This document shows positions 44,915 through 54,756 of a DNA stretch of 54,756 nt, in pieces. Every line of letters begins with the position of its first letter. Position 1 is the first letter of the stretch. The position numbers and the translations under genes were made by a program. This DNA is from Candidatus Parcubacteria bacterium (lineage in GTDB: Bacteria; Patescibacteriota; Patescibacteriia; Magasanikbacterales; UBA922): assembly GCA_018646705.1 (NCBI GenBank), contig JABGUG010000009.1, positions 1 to 54,756 of the forward strand, given 5' to 3'. The notes beneath the pieces are model-generated. The model searched no databases and was not told the DNA's origin. It saw nothing but the letters and a program-made list of their open reading frames with translations.

Positions 44915-45058
44915 CTATTCTCCACAACATCCAGAATCTTTACATTCTGGACCGCACTCTTCACTATCACAATTTGGTACACAGGATTTACAACATGTGC
45001 CACCATCACAACAACGATTTTCGTCATTGAGTTCTACACTACATTTCTCACATTGCAT
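44915..45058 (-). CDS. 47-aa cysteine-rich small protein (metallothionein-like composition); absent from the ORF track
   Basis: Hand translation gives MQCEKCSVELNDENRCCDGGTCCKSCVPNCDSEECGPECKDSGCCGE*, with 12 Cys in 47 residues. It starts 40 nt after the ABC exporter stop and is followed by a hairpin. Confidence 0.5.
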   Translation of the reverse strand: MQCEKCSVELNDENRCCDGGTCCKSCVPNCDSEECGPECKDSGCCGE

Positions 45059-45098
45059 AGATTTGTATGCTTAAAAGTAAGTGTATATAGTATAGCAG

Positions 45099-46847
45099 TT
45101 AGTCTAGAAAACCACCAGCCTGCAATTTCCACAACTTCTTGTAGATTCCATCTTTTTTAGATATCAATTCTTCGTGTTTTCCATCTTCTATTACTTTTCC
45201 TTCGTCAATAACAATGATTCTATCCATGCGCATAATAGTAGAAAGTCTATGAGCAATTACGATTACGGTCTTTCCTTTCATCAGTGTATCTAATGCGTCT
45301 TGGATAAATAATTCTGACTGAGAATCAAGACTCGAAGTTGCTTCATCAAGTATTAGAATTGGCGCGTTGCGTAAAATTGCTCGTGCAATAGCAACTCTCT
45401 GGCGTTCTCCTCCTGAAAGTTTAACTCCTCGTTCACCAACATATGTTTCATACTGATCTGGAAAATCTGAAATAAATTCATGACAGTGAGCCTTCTTTGC
45501 AGCTTCTATCACTTCTTCATCAGTCGCATCTGGCTTACCATATCTAATATTCTCTATGAGAGTTCTATGAAAAAGAATAGGATCTTGTGGTACAAGACTT
45601 ATATTTTTCCATAGACTTTCTAGTGTTACTGCAGAAATGCGCTGTCCATCAATCATGATTTTACCACTTGTTACATCATTTTGACGAAGTAATAGCTTTA
45701 CCACAGTTGTTTTTCCTGCTCCAGAAGGACCCACTAGGGCAATTTTTTGATGTGCTTTAATAGTCGTGTTGAGCTTATGAATAACACGACGTGTTTGATT
45801 ATAAGCAAAGTTCACATCTTTGAATGTTATTTCACCTTTTGTTACTTCTAGTGGTTTGGCAGTTTTAGTATCTGTAATTCCATGGGGCTCATCTAGAATT
45901 TCTGTCATTTCTTCTGCATCAGCTAGGTGTTCATAAAATCTGCGTATAATACGTCCAACATCCCATAGTTTCATAAATACACGTAGAAGATATGCTTGGA
46001 TAAGTACGAAGTCACCAATAGTCAAGATTCCGTCTTTCCAAAGTGAAATTGCAACATAAAATATTCCCACTTCCAAAAAGATCATGAAAAATGCTTGTAT
46101 ACCTTCAAATCCAGTAGCTAAGTCCCATGTAAATCTACGTAATCTGTTCAATTTGTTTGTTTCATCTGAAAAATACTTTTTTTCTCTATCAAACCCAACA
46201 AAAAGCTTTACATTTGTATGGTTTGTGATTGTATCAGCCAAAATTCCCGTGACTTTACTATCCATCTTACTTCTTTCCACATCATATTTAAGTTTGTACT
46301 TACTAAAGGCCAAATTTATAAGATAGTAAAAACAAATCCAAACAATCAAAATTAGACCAAGTTTAAAACTACGTGTAGATAACACAAAGATTATTAGGGA
46401 AACTTCTACCAAAATTGGCAATAAATCCCATGTGAATGCGTCAGCAATCCCTTCAAAGGCTCTATAAAAACGGTTCACTCTTTTTACAAGTGAACCTACA
46501 AAATTATCTCCAAAAAATTTTGCTGAATGCTTTTGCAGATAGCTAAAACATGTGACTGAGAGGTCAGCCATAATACGTGTTTGAAAATAACTATTTACAA
46601 ATCTAGCAATACGCCACATTACCCACTCACACATGTATACTAGAATAATTATACCCAAAATTGAAACCAATTCTCCACGAGGTCCGTTAATAACCAAAAT
46701 ATCAAAGAATTTTTTATAAAACAATGGTACAGTTATAGCAAAAGAGCTCGCAAACATAATAGGAGCCACAATGAAAAACAACGCCAGTTTATATTTCAAA
46801 ACATGTTGCCAAAAAATTTTGTATGTTAATTTTGTGTGATATTTCAT
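45099..46847 (-). CDS. ABC exporter, fused permease and ATPase (MsbA-like half transporter)
   Basis: Six-TM N-terminal half, Walker A GPSGAGKTT, signature LSGGERQRVAIARA and Walker B ILILDEATS. Confidence 0.9.
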   Translation of the reverse strand: MKYHTKLTYKIFWQHVLKYKLALFFIVAPIMFASSFAITVPLFYKKFFDILVINGPRGELVSILGIIILVYMCEWVMWRIARFVNSYFQTRIMADLSVTCFSYLQKHSAKFFGDNFVGSLVKRVNRFYRAFEGIADAFTWDLLPILVEVSLIIFVLSTRSFKLGLILIVWICFYYLINLAFSKYKLKYDVERSKMDSKVTGILADTITNHTNVKLFVGFDREKKYFSDETNKLNRLRRFTWDLATGFEGIQAFFMIFLEVGIFYVAISLWKDGILTIGDFVLIQAYLLRVFMKLWDVGRIIRRFYEHLADAEEMTEILDEPHGITDTKTAKPLEVTKGEITFKDVNFAYNQTRRVIHKLNTTIKAHQKIALVGPSGAGKTTVVKLLLRQNDVTSGKIMIDGQRISAVTLESLWKNISLVPQDPILFHRTLIENIRYGKPDATDEEVIEAAKKAHCHEFISDFPDQYETYVGERGVKLSGGERQRVAIARAILRNAPILILDEATSSLDSQSELFIQDALDTLMKGKTVIVIAHRLSTIMRMDRIIVIDEGKVIEDGKHEELISKKDGIYKKLWKLQAGGFLD

Positions 46848-46858
46848 GAATTTAGTTA

Positions 46859-46936
46859 AAAGTCTATAAAGTAGAAAGTTTATAAAGTTTTTTCTCCAAA
46901 TTATTTTTTTAGATACTTTTGGACTTTATGAACTTT
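46859..46936. promoter_or_regulatory. three copies of a 14-bp motif ACTTTATnnACTTT upstream of the ABC exporter (candidate operator)
   Basis: AAAGTCTATAAAGT (46859-46872) and AAAGTTTATAAAGT (46875-46888) are on one strand. ACTTTATGAACTTT (46923-46936) is inverted. Confidence 0.4.
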
Positions 46937-47097
46937 TAAACTTTTTACTCATGTCGAGATACCCGCCGCGGCAAGTATACTCTTTACCCTGACATACGCT
47001 ACTCAGCATAGACCTGGATTTAAGTATAAAGCCCACTTGAGACAAGCGGGTCTACATAAGAAGACGTAAAATAAGGCAAAAACGTTACAGTTATCTA

Positions 47098-47122
47098 TAA
47101 AACCGCCCTGTTGGACGGTTTT
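47098..47122. terminator. terminator after the antiporter gene
   Basis: AAAACCGTCC-AACA-GGGCGGTTTT on the minus strand, with A/T runs on both sides. Confidence 0.6.
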
Positions 47123-47143
47123 ATATTTTAAATTTATATCTTT

Positions 47144-48478
47144 TTACATCCCTTCGCCAATCGCTTCTGGTTTTTTACCAGTCTCTTTCATTACTGCTTT
47201 TTCAAATAGAATAGCACCCACTACCGTAACTATTATGACGGCAAGTAAGGCAGCTGCTGCCATATCTGGAGAAAGAACATTATTTGCAATAGCTACGGCA
47301 ACGAATACGAGTCCCACTTCTCCGCGAATAGCCATTGCAAGTGCAACTTGATGACCTTCTTTTCTATCTTTGAAGAAATATTTGACAACATATTTACCTG
47401 CTAGACCAAGGATTGTAAATACGAGTGCCCATCCCCAAGCTTTTGGAGAAAGCAATGCTTCTTTGGTAAGCATGGTACCAATTGATACCAAGAAACCACC
47501 AACAAAAATATGAATATAACCCTCAATCTTTTCCCACGTACTATGTTTAATTTCATTATCAACTTTTGATAGTACAACACCTATACCAAATGCACCAAGT
47601 ACTGGTTCAAGACCAACTACTGCTGCAATTGTACCACCAAGGATTAGCGAGCCAAAGAAGAAACGAGTGTAAGGACCAGTGGTATCTTTATAGTGTTTGT
47701 CAAGGTATTTTGCGATCTTGTCAGCGAGTCCCATACTCCACATGATATATGCTCCACCAAAGAATGCAATAACTGCAACACCAAGCCAGATAAGACTCAT
47801 AACATCGAGTCCTACTGCTTCACCATGTGCACCTACTGCAGATCCTGCAGCAGACAATTTTGCGAGGACAGTCAATACTAGTACCCCTAAAATATCATCA
47901 ATAACTGCAGCTCCGATGATTCTATTCCCCATGTTACTTTCAAGCTTTCCGGCAGCTTTTAATGCTTCGACTGAAAGACCGACAGATGTTGCGGTAAAGA
48001 TACCTCCAAGGAAGATAGCTGGAAGCCATTCCATACCAATTACATAATGTCCAAGAGCCGCAAATGATACAAGTGGTACGAGTACTCCACCAAATGCAAC
48101 GAGTGTTGCAATACCGATATTCTTCTTGAGAAGTTCAAGATCAAAGTGAAGACCAGCTTCAAATAAGATAAATAATACACCGGCAAGACGTGCTATTTCT
48201 ACACCCATTGCATCAGGCATAACTACTCCTAAAAGCGCTGGACCTGCGATAATACCCATGATGATCTTTCCTGCCATTGGTGCAATACCAAACACACGTG
48301 CAAGACGCCCACCAAAACTTGCAAATACTGCGAGAAATGCAATATCTAGTAAGATTGGTAAGATCGTATTGATCTCATGATGATGGCTATGAAGCAATGC
48401 CCCACGAAGATAATGCAACGCAACCGCTGCAACAGCCGTTTCTACTGCAACCAGTAGAATTGTCTTTATTTTTTGCAT
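47144..48478 (-). CDS. cation:proton antiporter (Na+/H+ exchanger family)
   Basis: About 12 hydrophobic helices and a glycine-rich membrane core. Start moved to ATG 48478 (MQKIKTILLVAV) because the upstream 25 track codons translate a Rep-B arm. Confidence 0.8.
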   Translation of the reverse strand: MQKIKTILLVAVETAVAAVALHYLRGALLHSHHHEINTILPILLDIAFLAVFASFGGRLARVFGIAPMAGKIIMGIIAGPALLGVVMPDAMGVEIARLAGVLFILFEAGLHFDLELLKKNIGIATLVAFGGVLVPLVSFAALGHYVIGMEWLPAIFLGGIFTATSVGLSVEALKAAGKLESNMGNRIIGAAVIDDILGVLVLTVLAKLSAAGSAVGAHGEAVGLDVMSLIWLGVAVIAFFGGAYIMWSMGLADKIAKYLDKHYKDTTGPYTRFFFGSLILGGTIAAVVGLEPVLGAFGIGVVLSKVDNEIKHSTWEKIEGYIHIFVGGFLVSIGTMLTKEALLSPKAWGWALVFTILGLAGKYVVKYFFKDRKEGHQVALAMAIRGEVGLVFVAVAIANNVLSPDMAAAALLAVIIVTVVGAILFEKAVMKETGKKPEAIGEGM

Positions 48479-48493
48479 ACTATTTATGCTTAG

Positions 48494-48590
48494 GTCATTT
48501 TTAACAGAATTAAGTAAAGTCGAGGAATACCCTTTTTTACAATATCTTTGCAAAGAAAGGGATTCCTCCGCTCGTCTACAACTCAGTTAC
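48494..48590. repeat. Rep-B locus (divergent)
   Basis: Inner arms GAGGAATACCCTTTT and AAAGAAAGGGATTCCTC. The right arm reverse-complements to GTAACTGAGTTGTAGACGAGCGGAGGAATCCCTTTCTT. Confidence 0.65.
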
Positions 48591-48708
48591 AATAACAAAT
48601 TAATAAAAGTCACCCTTTTTAGGGGCGGCGATATTATACAGTATTTTAGTCTTTTTTTCAATGGAATTTGGGGATAAAAAAGAGATACATGATATGGAGC
48701 ATAAAACA

Positions 48709-48778
48709 AAAAACACTCACCAACCCCTTGATTTATCTCTATAACAATCGAGGCAAATCAAGTCTGATGAGTGTTTTT
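48709..48778 (-). terminator. long hairpin plus T-run ending the islet C transcript
   Basis: The 11-bp outer stem AAAAACACTCA/TGAGTGTTTTT and the 8-bp inner stem CTTGATTT/AAATCAAG are followed on the minus strand by TGTTTTATG. A second hairpin CCCACCC/GGGTGGG lies at 48798-48818. Confidence 0.55.
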
Positions 48779-48832
48779 CTGAACACCATCGACAGCTCCC
48801 ACCCTTTCGCTGGGTGGGACAATAAGACATGG

Positions 48833-49042
48833 TCAGGCGGCTTCGGTCCACACTTCTTTTGAGTCCGAGTATGAAGTGCGTCCAACCACCTTACCTGCAC
48901 CATCCACGGCGCAAGTGTTGAACCTTCCCGAGTTCTTAAGAGGGTCTGTCTTGCGGTACTCAACCTCCCACTCATCGGGAAACTCGGTCAGAAAGAAGGA
49001 ATCGCCGAACTCCAGGTTTTCGAGCACTGTCTTGATTCTCAT
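48833..49042 (-). CDS. GC-rich islet C: 69-aa hypothetical protein
   Basis: MRIKTVLENLEFGDSFFLTEFPDEWEVEYRKTDPLKNSGRFNTCAVDGAGKVVGRTSYSDSKEVWTEAA. GC3 is about 44/69 (hand count). Its ATG overlaps the stop of an upstream 17-codon ORF (ATGA). Confidence 0.55.
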   Translation of the reverse strand: MRIKTVLENLEFGDSFFLTEFPDEWEVEYRKTDPLKNSGRFNTCAVDGAGKVVGRTSYSDSKEVWTEAA

Positions 49043-49092
49043 CTCCTAACCCTCCGAAGGTCCTGGACCGTTGAAATGCGTCGCTTTCTCAT
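49039..49092 (-). CDS. 17-codon leader ORF translationally coupled to the islet C ORF
   Basis: AGGAGG lies 8 nt upstream of ATG 49092. The peptide is MRKRRISTVQDLRRVRR*. Its TGA stop shares ATGA with the next start. Confidence 0.4.
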   Translation of the reverse strand: MRKRRISTVQDLRRVRR

Positions 49093-49130
49093 GAGACAAT
49101 CCTCCTGCATCTCAGGTGTTTCTTAATAAA

Positions 49131-49159
49131 GATACTATACAAAAAACCCCTTAATGTCA
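49131..49159 (-). promoter_or_regulatory. sigma-70-type promoter for the islet C transcript, embedded in the atp operon terminator
   Basis: On the minus strand: TTGACA (49159-49154), a 17-nt spacer, then TAGTAT (49136-49131). The -35 box sits in the loop of the atpC terminator hairpin AAAAAACTCCTT-GACATT-AAGGGGTTTTTT. Confidence 0.5.
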
Positions 49160-49195
49160 AGGAGTTTTTTAAAATTTTGCTTCTATTCTTGTTAG

Positions 49196-49624
49196 CTATT
49201 TCACCTTTTTATACTTATTGCCTACTCTAATTCTATTCATTTCTCTATCAATTACTGCTTGTAATTTCGCAAAATCAACATTTTCTTCTGTCTTTGCTTT
49301 TTCCATTTCTTCCTCAGCACGTTTTCGAGCTTCTTCTGCAGCATCAAGGTCAATATCTCCAGCTCGTTCTGCGTGATCAGCCAAAATAACAATTTCATTG
49401 TTTCCACGTATTTCTAAAAAACCACCAGACAACGCAAGAACGTGTTCACCATCTTTATCAACAATCTTTAATTCACCAGCTTGCAGTACAGAAACCAAAG
49501 GAATGTGGTTTGGAAGTACCGTGATTTCACCAGTCGTCGTTGGAATAGAGACTTGTTTTACCTCGTCTTCATAAACAACACTTTCTGGTGTAGCTATTTT
49601 AAATTTTAGCGTATTATCGCTCAT
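49196..49624 (-). CDS. atpC: F-type ATP synthase subunit epsilon
   Basis: 142 aa with a beta-sandwich N-domain (VSIPTTTGEITVLPNHIPL) and a helical C-terminus. Last gene of the atp cluster. Confidence 0.88.
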   Translation of the reverse strand: MSDNTLKFKIATPESVVYEDEVKQVSIPTTTGEITVLPNHIPLVSVLQAGELKIVDKDGEHVLALSGGFLEIRGNNEIVILADHAERAGDIDLDAAEEARKRAEEEMEKAKTEENVDFAKLQAVIDREMNRIRVGNKYKKVK

Positions 49625-49630
49625 ATATAA

Positions 49631-51995
<2,365 letters not shown>

Positions 51996-52002
51996 AAAAT
52001 TA

Positions 52003-52084
52003 GATTCTGATATACAGATAATCCAGATTTACAGATTTATCCGGATTTTTATCCGTAGATCTGAATTATCTGGAAATCAGTATG
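52003..52084. repeat. Rep-A copy 3 (degenerate, longer loop)
   Basis: Arms CAGATAATCCAGATTTAC (52015-52032) and GTAGATCTGAATTATCTG (52055-52072) form one mismatch and one G-U pair. It fills nearly the whole atpA-atpG spacer. Confidence 0.85.
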
Positions 52085-52088
52085 TCAA

Positions 52089-53576
52089 TTATTTTTTAAA
52101 CTCATTACATGCACTCTTCAAATCAGCCTCGATTTTGTCATCCCATTCCCCTACTTTTATTTTATCAAGTAGTGCACGTTTTGTTTTGTTCATGAATTCA
52201 ATTAATTTTACTTCTGTTTCTGCAACATCTTTTACTTCTACATCATCAAATACACTATTATTTACTGCAAAAATTACTGCAACTTGATCCTCTACACTCA
52301 TTGGTGAATATTGAGGTTGTTTCATAAGTTCTGTAATACGATAACCAAGATCAATTTGTTTCTTGGTATCAGCATCGAGATCACTTGCAAATTGAGCAAA
52401 CGCTTCAAGTTCACGAAACTGTGCCATAGCAAGTTTGATCTTACCTGCAACCTTTTTCATAGGTTTGATCTGAGCTGCACCACCTACACGTGATACTGAG
52501 AAACCAACACTTACTGCTGGACGAATACCTTTGTAGAAAAGATCAGTTTCAAGGAAAATCTGACCATCAGTAATAGAAATAACGTTTGTAGGAATATAAG
52601 CTGTTAAATCACCTGCTTGAGTTTCAATAATAGGAAGTGCTGTAATAGAACCCCCACCGTTTTCTTTGTTAAGGTTACACGCACGTTCAAGAAGACGTGA
52701 GTGAAGATAAAATACGTCACCCGGATAAGCTTCACGACCTGGTGGACGACGAAGCAATAGTGAAATTTCACGATATGCCCATGCTTGTTTAGTCAAATCA
52801 TCATAAACAACAAGTACATCCTCACCTTTGTCTGCAAAATATTCTGCAATAGCAACTCCAGCATATGGAGCAATAAATGACATAGATGCCGGATCACTAG
52901 CTCCTGCAACAACAACAGTTGTATATTCCATAGCACCAGATTCTTCAAGTTTTGCTACGATACGAGCAACTTTGGATTCTTTTTGACCAACAGCCACATA
53001 GACACATTTCATGTTTTGGCCTTTTTGATTGATAATTGCATCAACTGCAATAGCAGTTTTACCAGTTTGTCTATCACCAATAATAAGTTCACGTTGTCCA
53101 CGACCAATAGGTACCATAGCATCAATAGATTTGATACCAGTCTGAACAGGTTCGTGTACTGGTTCACGTGTCATAACACCAGGAGCAATCTTTTCTACTG
53201 GATAAAAATCTTTAGTAGCAATATCACCTTTTCCATCAATCTCTTGACCGAGTGCGTTTACTACTCGTCCAACCATTTGTTCACCAACAGGTACAGAGAG
53301 AATTCGACCAGTACGTTTCACTGTGTCACCTTCTTTAATCCCTCTAAATTCTCCCAAGATCATGGCACCAACAGTCTCTTCTTCCAAATTCAAAGCCACA
53401 CCCATGACTCCGCCAGGAAATTCAAGCATCTCTTGTGCCTGACATTTAATTAATCCATTCATACGAGCAATACCATCACCAACTTCGATAACAGTACCGA
53501 CTTCCTCCACTTCAACGGTTTTTTCAAACGCGCTGATATTCTTTTTCAATTCTTCAACGATTGCATTTGTAGACAT
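52089..53576 (-). CDS. atpA: F-type ATP synthase subunit alpha
   Basis: [10 protein letters not shown]-loop and a conserved alpha-subunit core. Confidence 0.95.
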   Translation of the reverse strand: MSTNAIVEELKKNISAFEKTVEVEEVGTVIEVGDGIARMNGLIKCQAQEMLEFPGGVMGVALNLEEETVGAMILGEFRGIKEGDTVKRTGRILSVPVGEQMVGRVVNALGQEIDGKGDIATKDFYPVEKIAPGVMTREPVHEPVQTGIKSIDAMVPIGRGQRELIIGDRQTGKTAIAVDAIINQKGQNMKCVYVAVGQKESKVARIVAKLEESGAMEYTTVVVAGASDPASMSFIAPYAGVAIAEYFADKGEDVLVVYDDLTKQAWAYREISLLLRRPPGREAYPGDVFYLHSRLLERACNLNKENGGGSITALPIIETQAGDLTAYIPTNVISITDGQIFLETDLFYKGIRPAVSVGFSVSRVGGAAQIKPMKKVAGKIKLAMAQFRELEAFAQFASDLDADTKKQIDLGYRITELMKQPQYSPMSVEDQVAVIFAVNNSVFDDVEVKDVAETEVKLIEFMNKTKRALLDKIKVGEWDDKIEADLKSACNEFKK

Positions 53577-53586
53577 ATAAATATTA

Positions 53587-53976
53587 TTAGTTAGATAATT
53601 GTTGTTTTAAAGATTTAAGTTGAGTTTTTACACTTCCGTCCAAGATTTTGTCTTCAAGTTTTACTTTTATACCGCCGATAATGCTTTCGTCTACTTGTGT
53701 AACTGCTTCAACATTTTTACCAAAAGTTTGTTTTATTTCTTCTACTATTTTTTTATCAAGCTCTCTTGCAGAAGTTATTTCAAGTTCTACAACTCCACTA
53801 GCTTTTTTTACAGTGCGTTCAAATTCTGCAATAATATTATATCCCTGTTTCAGCTTGTGATCACGAACAAGAATTTCAACAAATGTTTTTATAGCATCAC
53901 TTAAATCAGAACCTTTAAGATCTTGTGTTACTTCATATAGTGCTTCTGCATATTGTTTGTTACTAGTCTTTGCCAT
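53587..53976 (-). CDS. atpH: F-type ATP synthase subunit delta (short, 129 aa)
   Basis: Lies between atpF and atpA and has an OSCP-like C-terminus ([20 protein letters not shown]). It is shorter than the usual ~180 aa. Confidence 0.75.
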   Translation of the reverse strand: MAKTSNKQYAEALYEVTQDLKGSDLSDAIKTFVEILVRDHKLKQGYNIIAEFERTVKKASGVVELEITSARELDKKIVEEIKQTFGKNVEAVTQVDESIIGGIKVKLEDKILDGSVKTQLKSLKQQLSN

Positions 53977-53978
53977 AT

Positions 53979-54581
53979 CTATTTATCTAATTTTGCTAAT
54001 GCGTCTTCAATAATCTTCTTATCACTCTTATCATCTACTTTTTCATTCAAGATTTTTTCAAGTGCAGCAACAATTAAGTCAGATGCTTCTGCACGAACAC
54101 TTTCGAGCATACTTACTTTTTCTGCAGCAATACTCTTCTTTGTGTGCTCTACAAGTTTTTCTACTTCATTTTTAGCTTCCATCTTCATATTTTCTCCCAA
54201 TGTCTTACTTTCAGCATGTGCTTTTTCAATTACTTTGTTTGCTTCCACTTTTGCCTCATCAAGCTTTTCTTCATATGTTTTTTCGCTTCTTGCTAAGTTT
54301 GTTTCAACTTCTTTTGCCTTATCAAGACTTTCATCAATGAGATTCTTTCGCTCCTCAAGCTTGCTTGTTAGGGGTTTCAAAATCATAAACCATACAATTG
54401 CCGCAACAATTGCAAAGTTTAAAAGTTGGAATGCGAATAATTGAACGTTCAACCCAAGTGAAGCAGCAAGACCTTCGTCTGCTGTAGCTACACCATGAGA
54501 ATCAACCTCAATATGAGTTTCCGACGTATCATCTGCCTCATCATAGAGTACTGGTTCTGGTGTGTGTGTTTCTTGTGACAT
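53979..54581 (-). CDS. atpF: F-type ATP synthase subunit b (with an acidic N-terminal extension)
   Basis: TM LLNFAIVAAIVWFMILKPL followed by a long charged helix, at the expected operon position. Confidence 0.8.
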   Translation of the reverse strand: MSQETHTPEPVLYDEADDTSETHIEVDSHGVATADEGLAASLGLNVQLFAFQLLNFAIVAAIVWFMILKPLTSKLEERKNLIDESLDKAKEVETNLARSEKTYEEKLDEAKVEANKVIEKAHAESKTLGENMKMEAKNEVEKLVEHTKKSIAAEKVSMLESVRAEASDLIVAALEKILNEKVDDKSDKKIIEDALAKLDK

Positions 54582-54620
54582 AAATTTGTAATTAGGGACT
54601 AGTAAGTAGTAACTAGTGGA

Positions 54621-54657
54621 GTAATTAGTAATTATCTAGTTACGGGTTACTAATTAC
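54621..54657. repeat. 11-bp perfect hairpin in a TAGTAA/ACTAGT-rich spacer
   Basis: GTAATTAGTAA (54621-54631) and TTACTAATTAC (54647-54657), with CTAGT/ACTAG units nearby. Confidence 0.6.
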
Positions 54658-54731
54658 TAGTTTCTGGTACCTTTTTAGTATATAGAAATAACTTTATACG
54701 CTAGACTTTTTAAAAAAACCTAGCGTAAAAA

Positions 54732-54756
54732 TTATTTCAATGTAAATACGACAACA
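54732..54756 (-). CDS. possible 3' end of the ATP synthase subunit c gene (runs off the window)
   Basis: Only ..VVVFTLK* is visible. The call rests on the expected atpE-atpF order. Confidence 0.25.

Noticed and set aside
48479-48553. Extension MQRYCKKGYSSTLLNSVKNDLSINS on the antiporter ORF
   Set aside because: It overlaps a Rep-B arm and is not hydrophobic. The membrane protein plausibly starts at MQKIKTILLVAV (ATG 48478).
48739-48975. 78-aa minus-strand ORF overlapping the islet C gene in another frame
   Set aside because: It has no ribosome site. It overlaps the better-supported 69-aa ORF and continues through the 3' hairpins.

Overview
This is a 54.8 kb, AT-rich, tightly packed bacterial chromosome segment with about 55 genes, many with overlapping start and stop codons. 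The content is almost all housekeeping. The + strand block carries nifS-nifU and two ferredoxins, an ECF sigma factor with a large membrane partner, thpR, a tagA-like gene, trmH-like, gltX, an M23 peptidase, a serpin-like gene, an exonuclease and a HAD hydrolase. The - strand carries clpB, then a long block: ftsQ, two FemAB genes, a DegT aminotransferase, a membrane-anchored Mur ligase, serS, a RdgB-Nudix fusion, a LysRS-HD fusion, greA, mreBCD-pbp2, proS, a helicase-nuclease, an LtaS-like gene, a cysteine-rich secreted-protein cluster with an ABC exporter, a cation antiporter, and atp(E)FHAGDC. Gene content, fusions and the absence of Shine-Dalgarno motifs suggest a reduced-genome lineage such as CPR/Patescibacteria, but that is inference only. 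I found no rRNA, tRNA or CRISPR array by eye. Signals not explained by ordinary annotation:
- A GIY-YIG nuclease gene sits exactly between the inverted arms of the commonest intergenic repeat (Rep-B). Five further ORF-less, MITE-like copies lie at gene boundaries.
- A second repeat family (Rep-A) forms an 18-bp hairpin in three copies and shows a compensatory base-pair change.
- Three small GC-rich islets carry coding-type codon-position bias, canonical AGGAG ribosome sites and their own terminators. One has a 17-codon leader joined to the main ORF by an ATGA overlap.
- A 600-bp non-coding AT-rich gap between convergent genes contains a dif-like 11-6-11 palindrome.
- A CIRCE-like operator sits on the clpB promoter.
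- An unlisted 47-codon ORF with 12 cysteines lies next to the ABC exporter and a secreted protein with 57 cysteines.
All calls rest on reading the sequence and recalled family motifs. No database search was run.
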